From the NCBI GenBank assembly GCA_965214945.1, contig OZ244029.1, positions 2,444,868 through 2,508,867 on the forward strand: a DNA stretch of 64,000 bases, in the 5' to 3' direction. The notes under the pieces are model-generated. The model was not told the DNA's origin and searched no databases. It saw nothing but the letters and a program-made list of their open reading frames with translations. The translations under genes were made by a program, and so were the position numbers. The first letter of the stretch is position 1. Each line of letters begins with the position of its first letter. Positions 37,492 to 48,661 of the stretch are shown here, piece by piece. The DNA comes from Acidimicrobiales bacterium (GTDB taxonomy: Bacteria; Actinomycetota; Acidimicrobiia; Acidimicrobiales; Aldehydirespiratoraceae).

Positions 37492-38031
37492 TCACCCAAC
37501 GCTGGAGCGCATCTGATGAATCCGGCGGCGCACGCTGCCGTCGATCACGTCGTCGCCGATCTCGGTTATCGCGCCACCGATCACCGCAGGATCGATGATC
37601 ACCTTGATCTCGACGTCCAGGCCCGACGAAGACTTGATCGCCGCGGCCAGACGGGTTTGCTGATCGTTGCTGAGCGCCACCGCGCTGCGCACTCGGGCCA
37701 CGCGCCGGTTGCGCCCGGCGGCGGCCTGGTCGATCACCGCATCGATGATCTCAGGGAGGTCGCCGCCGCGGCCCGCCGCCACCGCCATCGATACCAGAGC
37801 CGTAGTGACGGCCCGCACCCGACCGTCGAGCAGGTCCTCGACGATCTGCTGACGGCGCGCCGCTCCGATGCCGGCGTCGCTGAGCGTCGAGCGCAGCTCT
37901 TCGCTGCTTCGAAGCACTCGCGCGAAGCTCAACAGCTCCTGCTCAACAGCGGCCTGGTCGCCCTCGGCGCGGGCCACTGTCAGCATCGCTGCGGCGTAGT
38001 CGCTCACCCGGGCGTCGGATGTGCCGGCCAT
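37492..38031 (-). CDS. atpH: F1 ATP synthase delta (OSCP) subunit
   Basis: I place the start at the ATG at 38031 (MAGTSDARVSDYAAAML...), 5 nt after the atpF stop. It has the OSCP-like C-terminus IIDPAVIGGAITEIGDDVIDGSVRRRI. Confidence 0.85.
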   Translation of the reverse strand: MAGTSDARVSDYAAAMLTVARAEGDQAAVEQELLSFARVLRSSEELRSTLSDAGIGAARRQQIVEDLLDGRVRAVTTALVSMAVAAGRGGDLPEIIDAVIDQAAAGRNRRVARVRSAVALSNDQQTRLAAAIKSSSGLDVEIKVIIDPAVIGGAITEIGDDVIDGSVRRRIHQMRSSVG

Positions 38032-38035
38032 CGGC

Positions 38036-39922
<1,887 letters not shown>

Positions 39923-39926
<4 letters not shown>

Positions 39927-40345
39927 CCGGCGCGCCCCGATGTTGACGTGACGGCCAGCTCACGGCGCGGCCCGACACCGCAGCCTGGCTTGAGCCCCGG
40001 GTACGCCAGCGAAACCGAGACACGGCGTGTCTCAAGGGCCAGAAGGCCGATGTGGGTGGCGAGCAGGCTCACCGCGAACGGCAGCATCTCGAACCAGTCG
40101 CTATGGCGGACCGGAAGCACCACGCCTGCGACGATACCGAGCCTGAGCAGATAACCGCCCAGCACCGCGGCCATCATGGCAGCGGCGCCCGCTCGTGCGC
40201 CCCAGCCGATGGCCGCCGCTCCGAGCGCGAAGTTGACGAGCACCAGCGCCAGAGCCAGCGCCACGGACGCCGCGCCCCGCCAACCCCAGCCGAACGCCCC
40301 GCCCGCGATCAGCGGCAGCGCGAACAGCCACGAACGCCAGATCAT
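39923..40345 (-). CDS. atpI: AtpI-like small membrane protein
   Basis: Hydrophobic, about 4 TM segments, directly upstream of atpB with a 4-nt overlap. The start is uncertain: ATG at 40345, TTG at about 40396, or the track start at 40507, which overlaps the upstream gene. Confidence 0.55.
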
Positions 40346-40391
40346 GTCGCGAGCGACATCCCGCTCTGGGGCGGAGGCTGAAGCGGCGATG

Positions 40392-40697
40392 TCAGCCAAG
40401 GCCTGCTCGCCGGGCCCGGTCGGCACCGTCGACGACAGCGGCGGGCCGGCCGTACGAGGCGCGGCGTCTGCGCAGCGCCTCGTCCATCGCAGTGCTGTAG
40501 TCACCATAAAAACGCCACACCTGGTAGCCGAACACGACCACCACCGCTGCCAGCGTCAGCAGCGGGAAAACCCCCAGACGGGAGTCCGCGAACCAGCCGC
40601 CCAAGCCGAACACCGCGGGCGTGGCAATCATCTCGAATGCCTTGGCTAGGGCGTCGCCCGCGCCGGCGCGCGTTTCAAGCCGGGTTGCGTCGCTCAT
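40392..40697 (-). CDS. AtpZ/AtpR-like small membrane protein preceding the atp operon
   Basis: 101 aa with two TM helices (TPAVFGLGGWFAD…FPLLTLAAVVVVFGYQVW). Its position upstream of atpI fits the putative F0F1-ATPase subunit family. Confidence 0.5.
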   Translation of the reverse strand: MSDATRLETRAGAGDALAKAFEMIATPAVFGLGGWFADSRLGVFPLLTLAAVVVVFGYQVWRFYGDYSTAMDEALRRRRASYGRPAAVVDGADRARRAGLG

Positions 40698-40751
40698 AGT
40701 TGCACTTCAGCCGCTCGCTCGCTTCGCGATCTCTATCCCAGGCCGCGTCCG

Positions 40752-41045
40752 TCACCCGCGGGAACGGGCGGTGCCTCGAGGAGGGCGGCGAGGAAGACGG
40801 CGGCGTTTGCCGTATCGGCGCTCGAAGCGTTCGACGCGTCCGGCAGTGTCGACGATCTTCATTGTGCCGGTGAAGAAAGGGTGGCTGGCGCTAGAGATCT
40901 CCACCTTGGCCAGCGGGTACACGTTGCCGTCGGACCATTCGATGGTGTCGTCGGTGGCGATCGTGGAACGTGTCAAGAACGCTGCGTCGGCGGACTGGTC
41001 GGAGAAGACCACCAGCCGGTACTCGGGGTGTATGTCAGCTTTCAT
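40752..41045 (-). CDS. rpmE2: 50S ribosomal protein L31 type B (non-zinc paralog)
   Basis: [16 protein letters not shown]...[10 protein letters not shown]. It lacks the CxxC zinc motif, and the C-terminal tail is basic. Confidence 0.9.
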   Translation of the reverse strand: MKADIHPEYRLVVFSDQSADAAFLTRSTIATDDTIEWSDGNVYPLAKVEISSASHPFFTGTMKIVDTAGRVERFERRYGKRRRLPRRPPRGTARSRG

Positions 41046-41116
41046 CGACTTGGCAGTCTATGCCGCTCATCCAGTTTGCAACCATGTTCGCGGTGCCCGC
41101 TGTCGCACGGTTCTGC

Positions 41117-41154
41117 TCTACACGAACTACAAGAGGTTCGGAAATTCGTGTAGA
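41117..41154. promoter_or_regulatory. Perfect 10-bp inverted repeat TCTACACGAA-N18-TTCGTGTAGA in the rpmE2/C45 divergent region, with a third ACACGAA half-site at 41179-41185
   Basis: The arms are at 41117-41126 and 41145-41154. Because the flanking genes are divergent, a terminator role is unlikely. Candidate operator. Confidence 0.45.
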
Positions 41155-41203
41155 TTTATGTAATTGACGTGCATAGCCACACGAACTTCGCTGGAGACGA
41201 CCG

Positions 41204-42298
41204 ATGAGACGACCGCCGATCCGGGTGCTCGACTTGATCGGAACGCCCGGTGACGCGGGCCACGCCCACGGCTCTGCCTTTTCTGAGGAGATCCGCGCCT
41301 ACACCGCCGACCGGGTGAGTTTGGCAGCGTCCGGCACGTGGAGCGGTGGCCGGCGGCTGCGGGCGGGCGAGGTGCTGGAACTGGCCGAGGCATGCCTGCC
41401 CGCGCACGAAAGCTACTCGGCAAGCCTGTACGAGGAGATGACCGCGATGGCCGAGGCATCAGGCATCACGCCGGCGGAGGCGGTCGTGGTCGGCGGGTTC
41501 ACCGACCTGGTGGACACGATCCGCGCCGCTGTCGGTGCCGAACACCCGCCGGCGGTGACCGAGGACGACTGCACCGCGTTCATCGTGCCCGACGGACGCG
41601 CCGGCGGCACGGCGCTGTTCGGGCAAACCTGGGACATGCACGACTCGGCCACCGACCACGTGATCCTGCTTCGCGCACGGCTCGACGACGGCCCCGATGC
41701 CCTGGTGTTCACCACCACCGGATGCCTCGGACAGATCGGCATGAACGAGTTCGGCGTGTGTGTCGGGATCAACAACCTCACCGCCGCCGACGGCCGAAGC
41801 GGCGTGACGTGGCCGACCGTAGTCCGCCGCGCGCTGCGGGCCGAGAATGCCGAAGCAGCCCTGGAGTCAGTACTCGACGCCGAACTCGCGGGTGGGCACA
41901 ACTACCTGATCCTCGACGCCGAGGGCTGCGGCTTCAACGTGGAGGCCATGCCCACCGTCCGGCCCGTCACGACGCTGGGCACCCGCCCTCTGGTCCACGC
42001 CAACCACACGGTCGACGCGGCCGCCGGCACCGTGCAGGGCCTCCGGGCGCCGGAGCTTCAGGACAGCTCGCTGCAGCGCATGGCGACCGCTGAGGAGTGT
42101 CTCGACAAGCCGCGCGTGCGAGTCGAGGATCTGATGGAACTAACCCGAGGCGGAGTGTGCCAAACATCGTCGCCGCCCCACAAGACGGAGACCTCAGGCG
42201 CTGTGGTGGCCAGGCCCGGCACTCGCGAATTTTGGGCTGTCTGGGGATTGCCGCCCATGAACGACTACCAGCGATTCGACTTCGCCCAGGCTGACTGA
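41204..42298 (+). CDS. Peptidase C45 / acyl-CoA:6-APA acyltransferase family (Ntn hydrolase)
   Basis: 364 aa. It has the DDCTAFIV autoprocessing Cys context, plus GQTWDM and NEFGVCVGINNL. Confidence 0.75.
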   Translation: MRRPPIRVLDLIGTPGDAGHAHGSAFSEEIRAYTADRVSLAASGTWSGGRRLRAGEVLELAEACLPAHESYSASLYEEMTAMAEASGITPAEAVVVGGFTDLVDTIRAAVGAEHPPAVTEDDCTAFIVPDGRAGGTALFGQTWDMHDSATDHVILLRARLDDGPDALVFTTTGCLGQIGMNEFGVCVGINNLTAADGRSGVTWPTVVRRALRAENAEAALESVLDAELAGGHNYLILDAEGCGFNVEAMPTVRPVTTLGTRPLVHANHTVDAAAGTVQGLRAPELQDSSLQRMATAEECLDKPRVRVEDLMELTRGGVCQTSSPPHKTETSGAVVARPGTREFWAVWGLPPMNDYQRFDFAQAD

Positions 42299-42424
42299 AG
42301 CCGGGTCGGTCGGCCCACCTGAGGGCGACCCTGTCACATCCGACGGCGCCTCGCGCGGGTGCGCCACGGCGCCGCCGGATGCTCTCGGCTACCGTCATCA
42401 CCGATGGCAGCGGGAATGACAGCC

Positions 42425-43510
42425 ATGTCTGAAGCCGCGAGCGCTGCCAAGTCGGTGGCGGTCGGGCTCTACGGGATCACCAAGCGCTTCGACGACGTCA
42501 CCGCCGTCGATCGCGTCGAGCTGGAAATCGACGACGGGGAGTTCTTCAGTCTTCTGGGCCCGTCGGGGTGCGGCAAGACGACCACCCTGCGGCTGGTCGC
42601 CGGTCTCGAGTTCCCCACTGCCGGCCGCCTCAGCATCTTCGGCACCGAGGTGGGCACGCTGCCGCCTAACAAGCGCCCTGTCAACACGGTCTTTCAGGAT
42701 TACGCCTTGTTCCCTCACATGACCGTGGAGCAGAACGTCTCGTTCGGGCTGCGAATGCAGCGCCTGCCCAAAGCCGAGATTGGCCCGAGGGTGAGCGCCG
42801 CCATCGAGCTTGTGCACATGGAGGGGATGGAGGCGCGGCGCTCCAACCAGCTCTCAGGCGGGCAGCGGCAGCGGGTGGCCCTGGCCAGGGCGCTGGTCAA
42901 CAACCCCAAGGTGCTGCTACTCGACGAGCCTCTTGGCGCGCTCGACCTCAAACTGCGCGAGGTAATGCAGCTCGAGCTGAAGGCGCTGCAGCGCGAGCTG
43001 GGTATCACGTTCGTGTTCGTCACGCACGATCAGTCGGAGGCGCTCACGATGAGCGACCGGATCGGGGTGATGAACGCGGGGCGGCTGCTGCAGGTGGGCA
43101 TGCCCGAGGAGATCTACAGCCGCCCCGCGAACCGCTTTGTGGCAGACTTCATCGGACACACCAATCTGCTCGACGCGCTGGTAACCGCGCCGGGTGAGGT
43201 GACCCTGCCCAACGGGGTGCGGATCCCCGCAGCGTCGTCGCTGGCGCCAGGCACGAAGGTGGCGGTGAGCTTGCGCCCCGAGCAAGTGAGAATCCACAGG
43301 CGGGGGGCCGCCCCCTCCGGGCGCACGGCCGTGGACGGACGTGTCGAAGAGGTGCATTATCACGGCAACGCTCTGGTTCACACCGTGGTATTCGAGTGGA
43401 TGACCCTAGACGTGCGCACCGAGAACCGCAGCGGCATGGCAACCGCATCCCCCGGCGACGAGGTGACTGTGTCCTGGGACCCCGAGGCTCTCGCCGTCGT
43501 CACCGACTGA
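42425..43510 (+). CDS. potA: Spermidine/putrescine ABC transporter ATP-binding protein
   Basis: Walker A is GPSGCGKTT, the signature motif is LSGGQRQR, and Walker B is LLLDEP. A C-terminal TOBE-like domain is present. The start is uncertain (GTG 42359, ATG 42404/42416/42425). Confidence 0.85.
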   Translation: MSEAASAAKSVAVGLYGITKRFDDVTAVDRVELEIDDGEFFSLLGPSGCGKTTTLRLVAGLEFPTAGRLSIFGTEVGTLPPNKRPVNTVFQDYALFPHMTVEQNVSFGLRMQRLPKAEIGPRVSAAIELVHMEGMEARRSNQLSGGQRQRVALARALVNNPKVLLLDEPLGALDLKLREVMQLELKALQRELGITFVFVTHDQSEALTMSDRIGVMNAGRLLQVGMPEEIYSRPANRFVADFIGHTNLLDALVTAPGEVTLPNGVRIPAASSLAPGTKVAVSLRPEQVRIHRRGAAPSGRTAVDGRVEEVHYHGNALVHTVVFEWMTLDVRTENRSGMATASPGDEVTVSWDPEALAVVTD

Positions 43511-43519
43511 GGCCAGACG

Positions 43520-44431
43520 GTGACACCGCAGACCGAGACCATCAGCGCCGCCGAGACACAGGTCGCGCCTGGGCCGCAGATCGAGACCGTCGCCGCCCGC
43601 GCCGACTCCCGGCGGGGGTTCCTGCTGTCGCTGCCGGCATACGCCTACCTGGTGGTGTTCTTCGCGCTGCCGCTGGTGACCGTGGTGGTGTACTCGTTCG
43701 CCACCCGCAACCGCATAGGCGGCGTCGACCTCGCCGGATGGAATCTCGATTCGTACCGGCGCCTGGGCGAGCCGATCGTGCGCGTCATCCTGTTCCGGTC
43801 GGTACTGATCGCGCTGATCACCACGGTGATCTGCCTGGTAGTCGCCTACCCGTTCGCCTACTTCCTCGCCACCCGCTCCGCCGCGGTGCGCAATTTGATG
43901 CTGGTGTTCGTGATGATCCCGTTCTGGACGAACTTCCTGGTGCGCAACTACGCCTGGCGTGTGATCCTCGGCAACGACGGCCCGCTGAGCAACGCGACCG
44001 AGGCGCTCGGCCTCGGCGCCCAGGAGATCCTGTTCACCCACGCCGCTGTGGTGCTCGGCCTGGTCTACGGGTTCCTGCCGTTCATGATCTTGCCGCTGTA
44101 CGCGGCGATCCAGCGCATCGATCTGAGCCTGGTGGAGGCCAGCCGCGACCTTTACGCCTCGGGCGCGCAGACCCTGCGGCGGGTGCTGCTGCCGCTGTCG
44201 ATGCCGGGCGTGATCGCCGGGTCGATCCTGGTGTTCGTCCCGAGCCTGGGGGCCTATGTCACACCGCAGATACTCGGCGGGGGCAAGTCCACGATGCTGG
44301 GCTCCTACATCGTCGTGCAGTTCCTAACCGCCCGCAACTGGCCGCTGGGCGCGTCGCTGTCGTTCGTGCTGATGGCCGTGATGCTGGTGGCGACCCTGAT
44401 CTACTTCCGCACCGGCGGGAGGAACCTGTGA
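43520..44431 (+). CDS. potB: Polyamine ABC transporter permease
   Basis: 303 aa with a PotB-like EAA loop (EASRDLYASGAQTLRRVLLPL). GTG start. Confidence 0.85.
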   Translation: MTPQTETISAAETQVAPGPQIETVAARADSRRGFLLSLPAYAYLVVFFALPLVTVVVYSFATRNRIGGVDLAGWNLDSYRRLGEPIVRVILFRSVLIALITTVICLVVAYPFAYFLATRSAAVRNLMLVFVMIPFWTNFLVRNYAWRVILGNDGPLSNATEALGLGAQEILFTHAAVVLGLVYGFLPFMILPLYAAIQRIDLSLVEASRDLYASGAQTLRRVLLPLSMPGVIAGSILVFVPSLGAYVTPQILGGGKSTMLGSYIVVQFLTARNWPLGASLSFVLMAVMLVATLIYFRTGGRNL

Positions 44432-45303
44432 GCGGCAGCACGGCGCGTCCCAGAGGCGTCACACGCCTGCTGCTCACCGCCGACGCCTGGCTGGTGTACG
44501 CGTTCTTCTACGCCCCTATCGCTCTGCTGGTGGTCTACTCGTTCAGCGACGACCGCAACGTCGGGCGCTGGGGCGGCTTCACGCTTGGCTGGTATGACGA
44601 CCTCATCCACCATGACCAGATCCGTCAAACCCTGTGGGTGTCGATCCGAGTGGCGATCCTGTCCACGGTCATTTCCGTGGTACTCGGAACGCTGGCGGCG
44701 CTGGCACTGGAGCGCTTCCGCTTCAGGGGCAAACGCGTATTCGACGCGCTGCTTTATCTGCCTATCATCATCCCGGACGTGACCATGGCGGTCATGATGC
44801 TGCTGTTCTTCGTGCGAGCACTCGATGTGGTGAACACACTGTTCGGGCTGAGCCTCACTAAGGGGTTCTCCACTATCACGATCAGCCACATCGCGTTCAA
44901 CATCAGCTTCGTGTCGGTGGTGGTGCGCGCCCGACTGGCGGGCATGAACGAGGTGCTTGAAGAGGCGGCCATGGACCTCTACGCCACGCGCTGGCGCACA
45001 TTCCGCTACGTCACCCTTCCGCAGATCGCGCCGGGAGTGGCCGGAGGCGCGCTGCTGGCGCTAACTCTGTCGCTCGACGACGTGGTGGTCACCCAGTTCG
45101 CGTCCGGGCCGGGGGCGACCACTCTGCCTGTGTTCGTGTTCGGCCTGATCCGCCGCGGCGTGACGCCGTTAATAAATGCCGTATCGGTGGTGATGTTGGC
45201 CGCGTCGGTGCTGCTGGTGATGCTGTCGCTGGCAGTCCAGCAGCTCCGGGTGGGCGAATCGCGACGCAGGCGCCGACGAGCGGATGCAGGCGCGGCAGCC
45301 TGA
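44428..45303 (+). CDS. potC: Polyamine ABC transporter permease
   Basis: GTG at 44428 (GTGA overlap with the potB stop). Only the C-terminal 291 codons of track ORF 43396..45303 are real. The EAA loop is EAAMDLYATRWRTFRYVTLPQ. Confidence 0.85.
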   Translation: MSGSTARPRGVTRLLLTADAWLVYAFFYAPIALLVVYSFSDDRNVGRWGGFTLGWYDDLIHHDQIRQTLWVSIRVAILSTVISVVLGTLAALALERFRFRGKRVFDALLYLPIIIPDVTMAVMMLLFFVRALDVVNTLFGLSLTKGFSTITISHIAFNISFVSVVVRARLAGMNEVLEEAAMDLYATRWRTFRYVTLPQIAPGVAGGALLALTLSLDDVVVTQFASGPGATTLPVFVFGLIRRGVTPLINAVSVVMLAASVLLVMLSLAVQQLRVGESRRRRRRADAGAAA

Positions 45304-45454
45304 CAACCGAACTGAACACCCCGGCTGAACACCTCAATGGCACCTGAGACATGGGCCGACTCTGAGATATGTGCTGACTCAGACGGGCCTACACGCGGAC
45401 GATGCCTAGTGTACGCTGGGTGAACTGTTCGCACAGTGGGAGGGACATTCAGTC

Positions 45455-46564
45455 ATGAAGCTTCACCGGACATCCGTGCAGGCGGTCGCGGCGGTCGCCG
45501 TGTTCGTACTGCTAGCCGCGGCCTGCAGCGACGACGAGGCCACGCCAGAAACCGCTGATTGCGAACCCGGCCAGACCGACGGTGAACTCAACTTCTACAC
45601 GTGGTCGGAATACATCGACCCTGAACTGCTCGACGCGTTCGCAGCCGAGCACGGCGTGTCGTTCACGATGGACAACTACGACTCCAACGAGGCGATGCAG
45701 CCGATCATCTCCGCTGGCGGGTCCGGATACGACGTGATCGTCCCGTCGGACTACATGGTGGGGATCCTGATAGCAGGCGAGGACATCCAGCCTCTCAACT
45801 TCGACGCCATCCCCAATGCCACCAATGTCTCCGACGACTTCAAGAACCTCGTCTACGACCCCGACGGCGCCTACACGCTGCCCTACCAGTGGGGAACCAC
45901 CGGCCTGGGCGTGGACACCCAGGTCGTGGGGACGGACTTCCCGCGGTCGTGGGGACTTGTGTTCGATCCCGATCTGGCGGACGCCTACTCGGGGCAGATC
46001 TCGCTGCTGAATGATCCCCGTGAGACGCTCGGAGCGGCGCTGAAGTACCTGGGCTATTCGCTCAACACCACCGACCCCGACGAGCTGTCGCAGGCGCGAG
46101 ACCTGGTGATCTCCACCCGCGACAGGCTGGCAGCGTTCGACACCGACCAGGCCGATGAGCTGCTGACCACCGGCGAGACCGTCATCGGCCACGGCTACTC
46201 GGGCGATTTCTTCACGCAGTTCCTCGAGACCGACGACCCGTCACGCTACGTCTACTTCGTGCCTGAGGAGGGCGGCACCCGGTGGATCGACAACATGGCG
46301 ATCCCATTCGACGCCGACAGCCCGTGCACTGCGCACGCGTTCATCAACTTCATCATGGACGGCTCTAACGGCGCGGCCCTGTCGAACTTCAACTACTACT
46401 CAACCCCGAACGCGGCAGCAATCGACGGGTTGGACGAGGAATTGCGGGACTTCGTGAACGACCCGGCGGTGATCCCCGGCGGCGTCGATTCGCTGGAGAG
46501 CATCGTCGACACCGGCGACTTCGAGATCGAGTTCACCGACGCCTTCACCGAAGCCGTCGGCTGA
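45455..46564 (+). CDS. potD: Polyamine (spermidine/putrescine) ABC transporter substrate-binding lipoprotein
   Basis: 369 aa. Lipobox LLAAAC, with the PotD/PotF-like pattern NFYTWSEYIDPELL…YDVIVPSDYM. Confidence 0.8.
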   Translation: MKLHRTSVQAVAAVAVFVLLAAACSDDEATPETADCEPGQTDGELNFYTWSEYIDPELLDAFAAEHGVSFTMDNYDSNEAMQPIISAGGSGYDVIVPSDYMVGILIAGEDIQPLNFDAIPNATNVSDDFKNLVYDPDGAYTLPYQWGTTGLGVDTQVVGTDFPRSWGLVFDPDLADAYSGQISLLNDPRETLGAALKYLGYSLNTTDPDELSQARDLVISTRDRLAAFDTDQADELLTTGETVIGHGYSGDFFTQFLETDDPSRYVYFVPEEGGTRWIDNMAIPFDADSPCTAHAFINFIMDGSNGAALSNFNYYSTPNAAAIDGLDEELRDFVNDPAVIPGGVDSLESIVDTGDFEIEFTDAFTEAVG

Positions 46565-46595
46565 CGCGACGACAGGACAGCTCAGCTAGTACAGC

Positions 46596-47975
46596 TCAGC
46601 GGAGCAGTTCGTAGGCGGCTCGACCCAGCCGCGACTCGCGCCCGGAGGCTGACTCCACCCGGTCAGCTCGGCTCATCACCGCGCGGGTGCCGCGGATGCC
46701 CAGCCAGCGCAGCGGCTCGAACTCCCAGCGGCGAGACTCGATCCCGACCCACGCCAGGTCGACCAGCTCGGAGTCGGTGCCGGTCACCAGATCGGCGAGA
46801 GTGCGCCCCGCGAGGTTGGACGGCGCAACGCCCTCGCCTACGTAGCCGCCTGCGGTGCCTACACCGCTGCGGCGGTCGAAGCGAACTGACGGCAGCCAGT
46901 TTCGGGGCGCGGCCAGCACGCCGCCCCAGCGGTGCGTGATGTTCGTTCCGGCGAGCGCGGGGAAGAGGTTGACCAATGTCCCGGCTATCCGCTCGTGGGT
47001 CGGCGCATGACGCTCAACTGCCGGGGCGATACGCGAGCCGAACAGGTACGGCACGCCGCGGCCGCCGAAGGCGATGCGGTCATCGGCGGTGCGCTGACCG
47101 TAGATCACTACGTAGCGGTCGTCTGAGAAAGTCGGACGCGCGTCAAGGCCTATCTCGGCCAGCACGGCGTCTTCGAGCGGTGCTGTAGCAACCATGAGCG
47201 AGTACAGCGGCACGAGGCTGCGACGACGCCCGGGCAGGTCGCGGGTGTAGGCCTCGGTGGCGACGATCACCGCCTCGGCGGCGATGACGCCGCGGTCGGT
47301 GCGAACCCCGGTGCTGGGATCGATCCCGGTGACCGCAGTTTGCTCGACGATGCGCACGCCGCGGCGCTCGACAGCCTCCGCGAGTCCGCGCACCAAACGC
47401 GCCGGGTCGAGCGCGGCGCACGGCGCGTAGAACAGACCGCTGTGCAGTCCTGTTGGACGCGCGTGCTCGCGCACTTCGTCGGCGTCGAGTGCGCGGATCA
47501 CTTCTTCGCCGAAGCCGAGCGAGCGGTACTCGGCGAGTTCGGCTCGCTGGCGGTCGGCTTGAGGCCTGTTGCGGGCGAAGCGGACCCAGCCTCCTTTGGC
47601 GAAGCCGCAGTCGATCCCCTCAGCGGACACCACCCGCGCGACTTCATCAACCGCCGCGTGCACATAGCGCATCAGGCGCACCGCCGAGTCGAGCGAACGC
47701 CTGCGGGCGTACGCTTCGACGCCGCTCGCCAGCTCGCCGACGCACCATCCTCCGTTGCGCGCCGAGGCACCGAACCCGCAGATGTCACGCTCGATCACTG
47801 TGATCGACAGCGACGGATCGCGTTCGGCCAGATAGTAGGCAGTCCAGAGGCCGGTGAATCCGCCGCCGACGATAGCCAAATCGGTTTGGCAGTCACCGTC
47901 GAGCGCCGCTCTGGGACTCAGATCGCCAGGAAACTCCGACAGCCACAGCGACAGGCTCGAGTATTCGGTAGGCAC
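46596..47975 (-). CDS. FAD-dependent oxidoreductase (DAO family, PuuB/OrdL-like)
   Basis: 459 aa. The dinucleotide-binding motif is DLAIVGGGFTGLWTAYYLA, followed by GASARNGGW. Confidence 0.8.
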   Translation of the reverse strand: MPTEYSSLSLWLSEFPGDLSPRAALDGDCQTDLAIVGGGFTGLWTAYYLAERDPSLSITVIERDICGFGASARNGGWCVGELASGVEAYARRRSLDSAVRLMRYVHAAVDEVARVVSAEGIDCGFAKGGWVRFARNRPQADRQRAELAEYRSLGFGEEVIRALDADEVREHARPTGLHSGLFYAPCAALDPARLVRGLAEAVERRGVRIVEQTAVTGIDPSTGVRTDRGVIAAEAVIVATEAYTRDLPGRRRSLVPLYSLMVATAPLEDAVLAEIGLDARPTFSDDRYVVIYGQRTADDRIAFGGRGVPYLFGSRIAPAVERHAPTHERIAGTLVNLFPALAGTNITHRWGGVLAAPRNWLPSVRFDRRSGVGTAGGYVGEGVAPSNLAGRTLADLVTGTDSELVDLAWVGIESRRWEFEPLRWLGIRGTRAVMSRADRVESASGRESRLGRAAYELLR

Positions 47976-47999
47976 CCACAGAAGTTTAGACTTCCGGCT

Positions 48000-48632
48000 G
48001 TGAGCGCCGAACTGCGCTATTGCAACATCGAGGCGTGCTGGGCCCGCAAGCTGGAGTCGCTGGAACTGAGGGCGTTCCCCAATGTGAGCCCCGCCGACCT
48101 GTACGACGCGGCGGAGCTGGCGGAATTAGCCGAGGTGTTTCCGGAGGGCAACTTCGCCGTGCTCGACGACGACGAGCCGATTGCGATGGGCCTTGGAGTG
48201 CGCGTCCACTTCGACTTCGCAAAGCCCCAGCACACGCTGAAAGAGCTGCTGAGCCTCGGTGGGCGCGCCGGCCACTCGCCCGACGGCGAGTGGTACTACG
48301 GCACCGACATCTCCGTGGACCCGCGGTATCGGCGGAGAGGGATCGGCTCACGCCTGTACGAGATGCGAAAGCAGGTGTGCATCAACCTGGGGCTAAGCGG
48401 CATCGTCGCCGGCGGGGTGATCCCCGGCTACGCCGACTACAAGTCGGCGATGACCGCGCATGACTATGTAGGCAGGGTCGCCGCTGGCGAGATTTACGAT
48501 CCGACGCTCACGTTTCAGCTCCACAACGGCTTCGAAGTGCGCGGCGTGCTGAAGGACTACATGGACGACCCGACCGTGGACAGCTGGGCGTCTTTGATCG
48601 TGTGGTCTAACCCGGAGACGACCGACGCCTGA
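48000..48632 (+). CDS. GNAT family N-acetyltransferase
   Basis: GTG at 48000. Only the last 210 codons of track ORF 47340..48632 lie outside the antisense overlap with the oxidoreductase gene. The acetyl-CoA motif is VDPRYRRRGIGSRLY. Confidence 0.75.
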   Translation: MSAELRYCNIEACWARKLESLELRAFPNVSPADLYDAAELAELAEVFPEGNFAVLDDDEPIAMGLGVRVHFDFAKPQHTLKELLSLGGRAGHSPDGEWYYGTDISVDPRYRRRGIGSRLYEMRKQVCINLGLSGIVAGGVIPGYADYKSAMTAHDYVGRVAAGEIYDPTLTFQLHNGFEVRGVLKDYMDDPTVDSWASLIVWSNPETTDA

Positions 48633-48661
48633 GACCGTCTCAGCTCAGCGGGCCTGCATTC

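Noticed and set aside
43396-45303. 635-aa ORF spanning potB and potC.
   Set aside because: Only the last 291 codons (from the GTG at 44428) are PotC-like. The first part is an out-of-frame read-through of potB with shadow-ORF composition.
47340-48632. 430-aa ORF overlapping the FAD oxidoreductase gene.
   Set aside because: The first ~220 codons are antisense to a well-supported gene. The GNAT domain begins after the GTG at 48000.
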